Below, in pieces: positions 63,930 to 64,000 of a stretch of 64,000 nt of DNA (the first letter of the stretch is position 1; the number at the start of each line of letters is the position of its first letter). The stretch spans positions 585 to 64,584 of the forward strand of contig CAMAWP010000002.1 in assembly GCA_945861765.1 (NCBI GenBank). The letters run 5' to 3'. Under the pieces are notes generated by a model, which worked only from the letters and a program-made list of their open reading frames with translations, searched no databases and was not told where the DNA came from. Position numbers and translations under genes: made by a program. Source of the DNA: Akkermansia muciniphila. Its GTDB lineage: Bacteria > Verrucomicrobiota > Verrucomicrobiia > Limisphaerales > SIBE01.

Positions 63930-64000
63930 ATGTCTCGGTTGCGTCTGTGGGTCTGCATCATCGGGGGGCTGACATCCAACGAATTTGGGGCGCTTCCGAA
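63930..64000 (+). CDS. start of an unidentified CDS running off the window
   Basis: ATG 63930 with a hydrophobic N-terminus MSRLRLWVCIIGGLTS. Only 23 codons are visible. Confidence 0.3.
   Translation, partial: MSRLRLWVCIIGGLTSNEFGALP

Overview
Gene-dense bacterial window with about 42 CDS. I saw no rRNA, tRNA, CRISPR array, transposase or phage genes. The gene content suggests a PVC-superphylum genome (Verrucomicrobia/Planctomycetes-like), but that is inference from domain families recognised by eye. Region 1-14.9 kb (+) holds three tandem DUF1501 genes, then two DUF1549/DUF1553 -> DUF1501 modules, the first followed by a PPC-domain protein. Region 15-17.8 kb holds a 7-TM membrane protein and a convergent Ser-rich protein -> DUF350 -> DUF4178 operon. 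A second PPC paralogue sits at 18.2-20.3 kb. Region 20.5-38.5 kb (-) is one unbroken same-strand run: HIT, phoH, ybeY, recO, ECF sigma, anti-sigma/VWA fusion, a 2398-aa internally duplicated membrane protein, DUF1553 and DUF1501. The five genes from the ECF sigma to DUF1501 are my best candidate for an undescribed envelope system. Region 39-64 kb is mostly housekeeping: TPP-dependent E1 alpha, tilS, ftsH, rpe, a phosphohexomutase, gltX, xerC-like, topB, cysS. Accessory genes are interspersed there: a 1243-aa secreted LamG protein, a tubulin-tyrosine-ligase-like gene, a thioesterase, a ceramidase-like gene, two GYF_2 paralogues plus DUF2752, and a DUF1573-cytochrome c fusion. Two long intergenic regions (38.5-39.1 kb and 46.4-46.9 kb) carry structured GC-hairpin repeat elements. 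All family assignments come from motifs read in the translated ORFs; no database search was run.
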